Positions 22,080-24,000 of a DNA stretch of 24,000 nucleotides are shown piece by piece. The stretch lies in the NCBI GenBank assembly GCA_038045945.1, contig JBBSXC010000003.1:212134-236133 (forward strand), written 5' to 3'. The position numbers and the translations under genes were made by a program. Source of the stretch: Nanobdellota archaeon (GTDB lineage Archaea > Nanobdellota > Nanobdellia > Pacearchaeales > GW2011-AR1). Numbering within the stretch: the stretch's first letter is position 1; every line of letters begins with the position of its first letter. The notes beneath the pieces were generated by a model. It saw only the letters and a list, made by a program, of their open reading frames with translations, had not been told where the DNA came from and made no database searches.

Positions 22080-24000
22080 ATGGAAAAAAAGGTAGATCCG
22101 GAAGAGCTACGATTAGAAGCCAGATCCTTCTTTGACACTCACAAAAAAGAGATAATTGGTAAAGCAGCTAGAGAAGAAAACAAAGTCATACACGTAAATT
22201 TTGACGAACTTGCAAGCTCATCAACAATACTAACTGAAAGACTAATGGAATCTCCAGAGGAAGTAATAATGGCTATGGAAATGGCAGTTGAAGAAGCAGA
22301 CATTATTAAGAATGCCAGAGTAAGGTTCCTTTCTCTTCCTGATTCTCACTCAGAAAAAATAAGAAATCTCAGATCTAAACACCTAAACAAATTCATACAA
22401 ATAGAGGGAATAATAAGACAAGCAACAGAGGTAAGACCTCAAGTAGTTAACGCAAAGTTCGAATGCCCAACATGCGGTACGATAATATCAATATTACAAA
22501 TAGAAAGCAAATTTAGAGAACCTAGAAGGTGCTCTTGCGGTAGACGCGGAGGTTTCAAACTATTATCAAAAGACATGGTTGATGCTCAAAGAATAGTTAT
22601 TGAAGAATCACCAGAAAACCTTAGCGGAGGAGAACAACCTAGAAGGATATCAATATTCTTAAAAGAAGACTTAGTTGAGCCTAAAATGGAAGAAAAGACC
22701 ACTCCAGGGGCTAAGGTAAAAGTTATTGGAACACTAAAAGAAGTCGTTAAGCACAGCCAGCAAGGAACACAACTAACAAGGTATGATATAGCAATTGAAG
22801 CTAACAACGTAATACCAATGGAAGAATCATACGAAGAAGTAATAATTAGTGAAGAAGACGAAACACAAATAAGAGAATTATCACAAGACCCAAAACTTTT
22901 CGAAAAAATGACTAACACTATAGCACCATCAATTTATGGTCATAAAGAAGTAAAACAATCATTAGTACTGCAATTATTAGGAGGGGTGAAAAAAACTATG
23001 AGTGACGGAACACAAAAAAGAGGAGACATACACATATTGTTAGTTGGAGACCCAGGAGTCGCTAAATCAGTAATATTAACATTCATAGCAGCAGTAGCAC
23101 CAAAAGGAAGATACGTAGCAGGTAGAGGTGCTAGTGGTGCTGGACTAACAGCAACAGTTGTTAAGGACGAATTCCTTAAAGGTTGGAGTTTAGAAGCAGG
23201 AGCAATGGTATTAGCACATAAAGGAATTCTGTGCGTTGATGAAATGGACAAGATGGAAGCTGAAGACACTAGTGCTATGCATCAAGCATTAGAACAACAA
23301 TGCGTGACTATTAGTAAAGCAACAATCCAAGCAACACTAAGATCGGAAACTAGTGTTTTAGGAGCAGCAAACCCTAAGTTCGGAAGGTTCGACCCTTACC
23401 AAACAGTAGCTCAACAAATTGATCTTCCACCAGCACTGATTAACAGATTCGATATTATTTTTATACTTAAAGACATGCCTGACAGAGGAAGAGACGAAGC
23501 GATAGCATCACACGTCTTGATGGAAAGTAAAGAACATAAAGAAAGAGAAATAACAATTGAGAGAGACCTATTCAAAAAATACTTAGCTTACGCAAGACAA
23601 AGAATCAAACCAAAACTAACTGATGAAGCAATTGAAGAAATAAAAAAGTTTTATGTTGATTTAAGAAACATGTCAAACGTCACATCAGCAGAAAACGCAC
23701 AAAAACCTTTACCGATATCAGCAAGACAACTAGAAGGACTAATGAGACTTTCAGAAGCAAGCGCAAAACTAAGACTAAGCGAAACAGTTCTGAGAGATGA
23801 TGCTAAAAGAGCTATTGAGATAATGAGGTATTATTTGATGAAAGTTGGTTACGATTACGAAACTAACACTTTCGACATTGATAGAATAGCAACAGGGGTT
23901 TCCACTGGTCAAAGAAACAAAGTATTATCAGTTAAAGACGCTTTACAAAAACTTGAAGGAAGACTAGGTAAACTAATACCTATTGAAGAACTAAAAAAAG
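22080..24000 (+). CDS. mcm: MCM replicative helicase (C-terminus beyond the right edge)
   Basis: Absent from the track because it has no stop in the window. Own translation from the ATG at 22080: MEKKVDPEELRLEARSFF..., zinc finger CPTC...CSCG, Walker A GDPGVAKS, Walker B CVDEMDKM, NRFDIIF (arginine finger region). About 640 codons are open to the window end. No intein. Confidence 0.93.
   Translation, partial: MEKKVDPEELRLEARSFFDTHKKEIIGKAAREENKVIHVNFDELASSSTILTERLMESPEEVIMAMEMAVEEADIIKNARVRFLSLPDSHSEKIRNLRSKHLNKFIQIEGIIRQATEVRPQVVNAKFECPTCGTIISILQIESKFREPRRCSCGRRGGFKLLSKDMVDAQRIVIEESPENLSGGEQPRRISIFLKEDLVEPKMEEKTTPGAKVKVIGTLKEVVKHSQQGTQLTRYDIAIEANNVIPMEESYEEVIISEEDETQIRELSQDPKLFEKMTNTIAPSIYGHKEVKQSLVLQLLGGVKKTMSDGTQKRGDIHILLVGDPGVAKSVILTFIAAVAPKGRYVAGRGASGAGLTATVVKDEFLKGWSLEAGAMVLAHKGILCVDEMDKMEAEDTSAMHQALEQQCVTISKATIQATLRSETSVLGAANPKFGRFDPYQTVAQQIDLPPALINRFDIIFILKDMPDRGRDEAIASHVLMESKEHKEREITIERDLFKKYLAYARQRIKPKLTDEAIEEIKKFYVDLRNMSNVTSAENAQKPLPISARQLEGLMRLSEASAKLRLSETVLRDDAKRAIEIMRYYLMKVGYDYETNTFDIDRIATGVSTGQRNKVLSVKDALQKLEGRLGKLIPIEELKK

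Noticed and set aside
19110-23269. Track ORFs 19110-19298(-), 19752-20000(-), 22586-22918(-), 22940-23269(-)
   Set aside because: They are antisense to the 18449 gene, the methyltransferase and MCM. The two at 22586-23269 appeared in the track only because the true MCM frame has no stop in the window.
16735-24000. Inteins in MCM, DNA ligase or Rad50; CRISPR arrays; rRNA; transposases
   Set aside because: The catalytic motifs in MCM (Walker A to arginine finger), ligase and Rad50 are contiguous, with no inserted Hint/endonuclease block. I saw no regularly spaced direct repeats, rRNA-like GC-rich tracts or transposase/integrase motifs anywhere in the window.

Overview
AT-rich, very gene-dense window from an archaeon. 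Archaeal hallmark genes are recognisable by motif: TBP, MCM, aCPSF1/FttA, ribosomal protein L15e, Mre11-Rad50, ATP-dependent DNA ligase, proteasome beta subunit, and a tRNA with a short anticodon-loop intron. Tiny or negative intergenic spacers, short proteins and TATA boxes about 21-27 nt upstream of start codons suggest a reduced-genome lineage, possibly DPANN-like. That placement is inference only. I call 31 protein-coding genes, two of them cut by the window edges, and one tRNA-Ile(GAU). About half the genes are informational or housekeeping; the rest are small proteins I cannot assign. The track misses MCM (22080 to the right edge) because it has no stop in the window. Several track ORFs begin at upstream TTG/GTG codons, and I re-called them at internal ATGs that have properly spaced TATA boxes. 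Observations most worth follow-up: (1) a six-gene translationally coupled operon (198-3090) with an archaeal-type signal peptidase I, four unknown proteins and a tandem pair of divergent paralogs, abutting a presenilin/SPP-like protease gene; (2) a double-motif LAGLIDADG endonuclease ORF that reads into tRNA-Ile and stops on a UGA in the anticodon loop, with the tRNA promoter inside the endonuclease gene; (3) a cluster of TATA-like boxes running up to the TBP start codon; (4) a membrane-anchored protein after DNA ligase whose C-terminus looks like a RelE/ParE toxin; (5) a 249-aa protein with a Cys-His-Asp arrangement typical of transglutaminase/NAT-like papain-fold enzymes. No CRISPR array, rRNA, intein, transposase or integrase was seen. 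All calls come from reading motifs by eye, with no database search.
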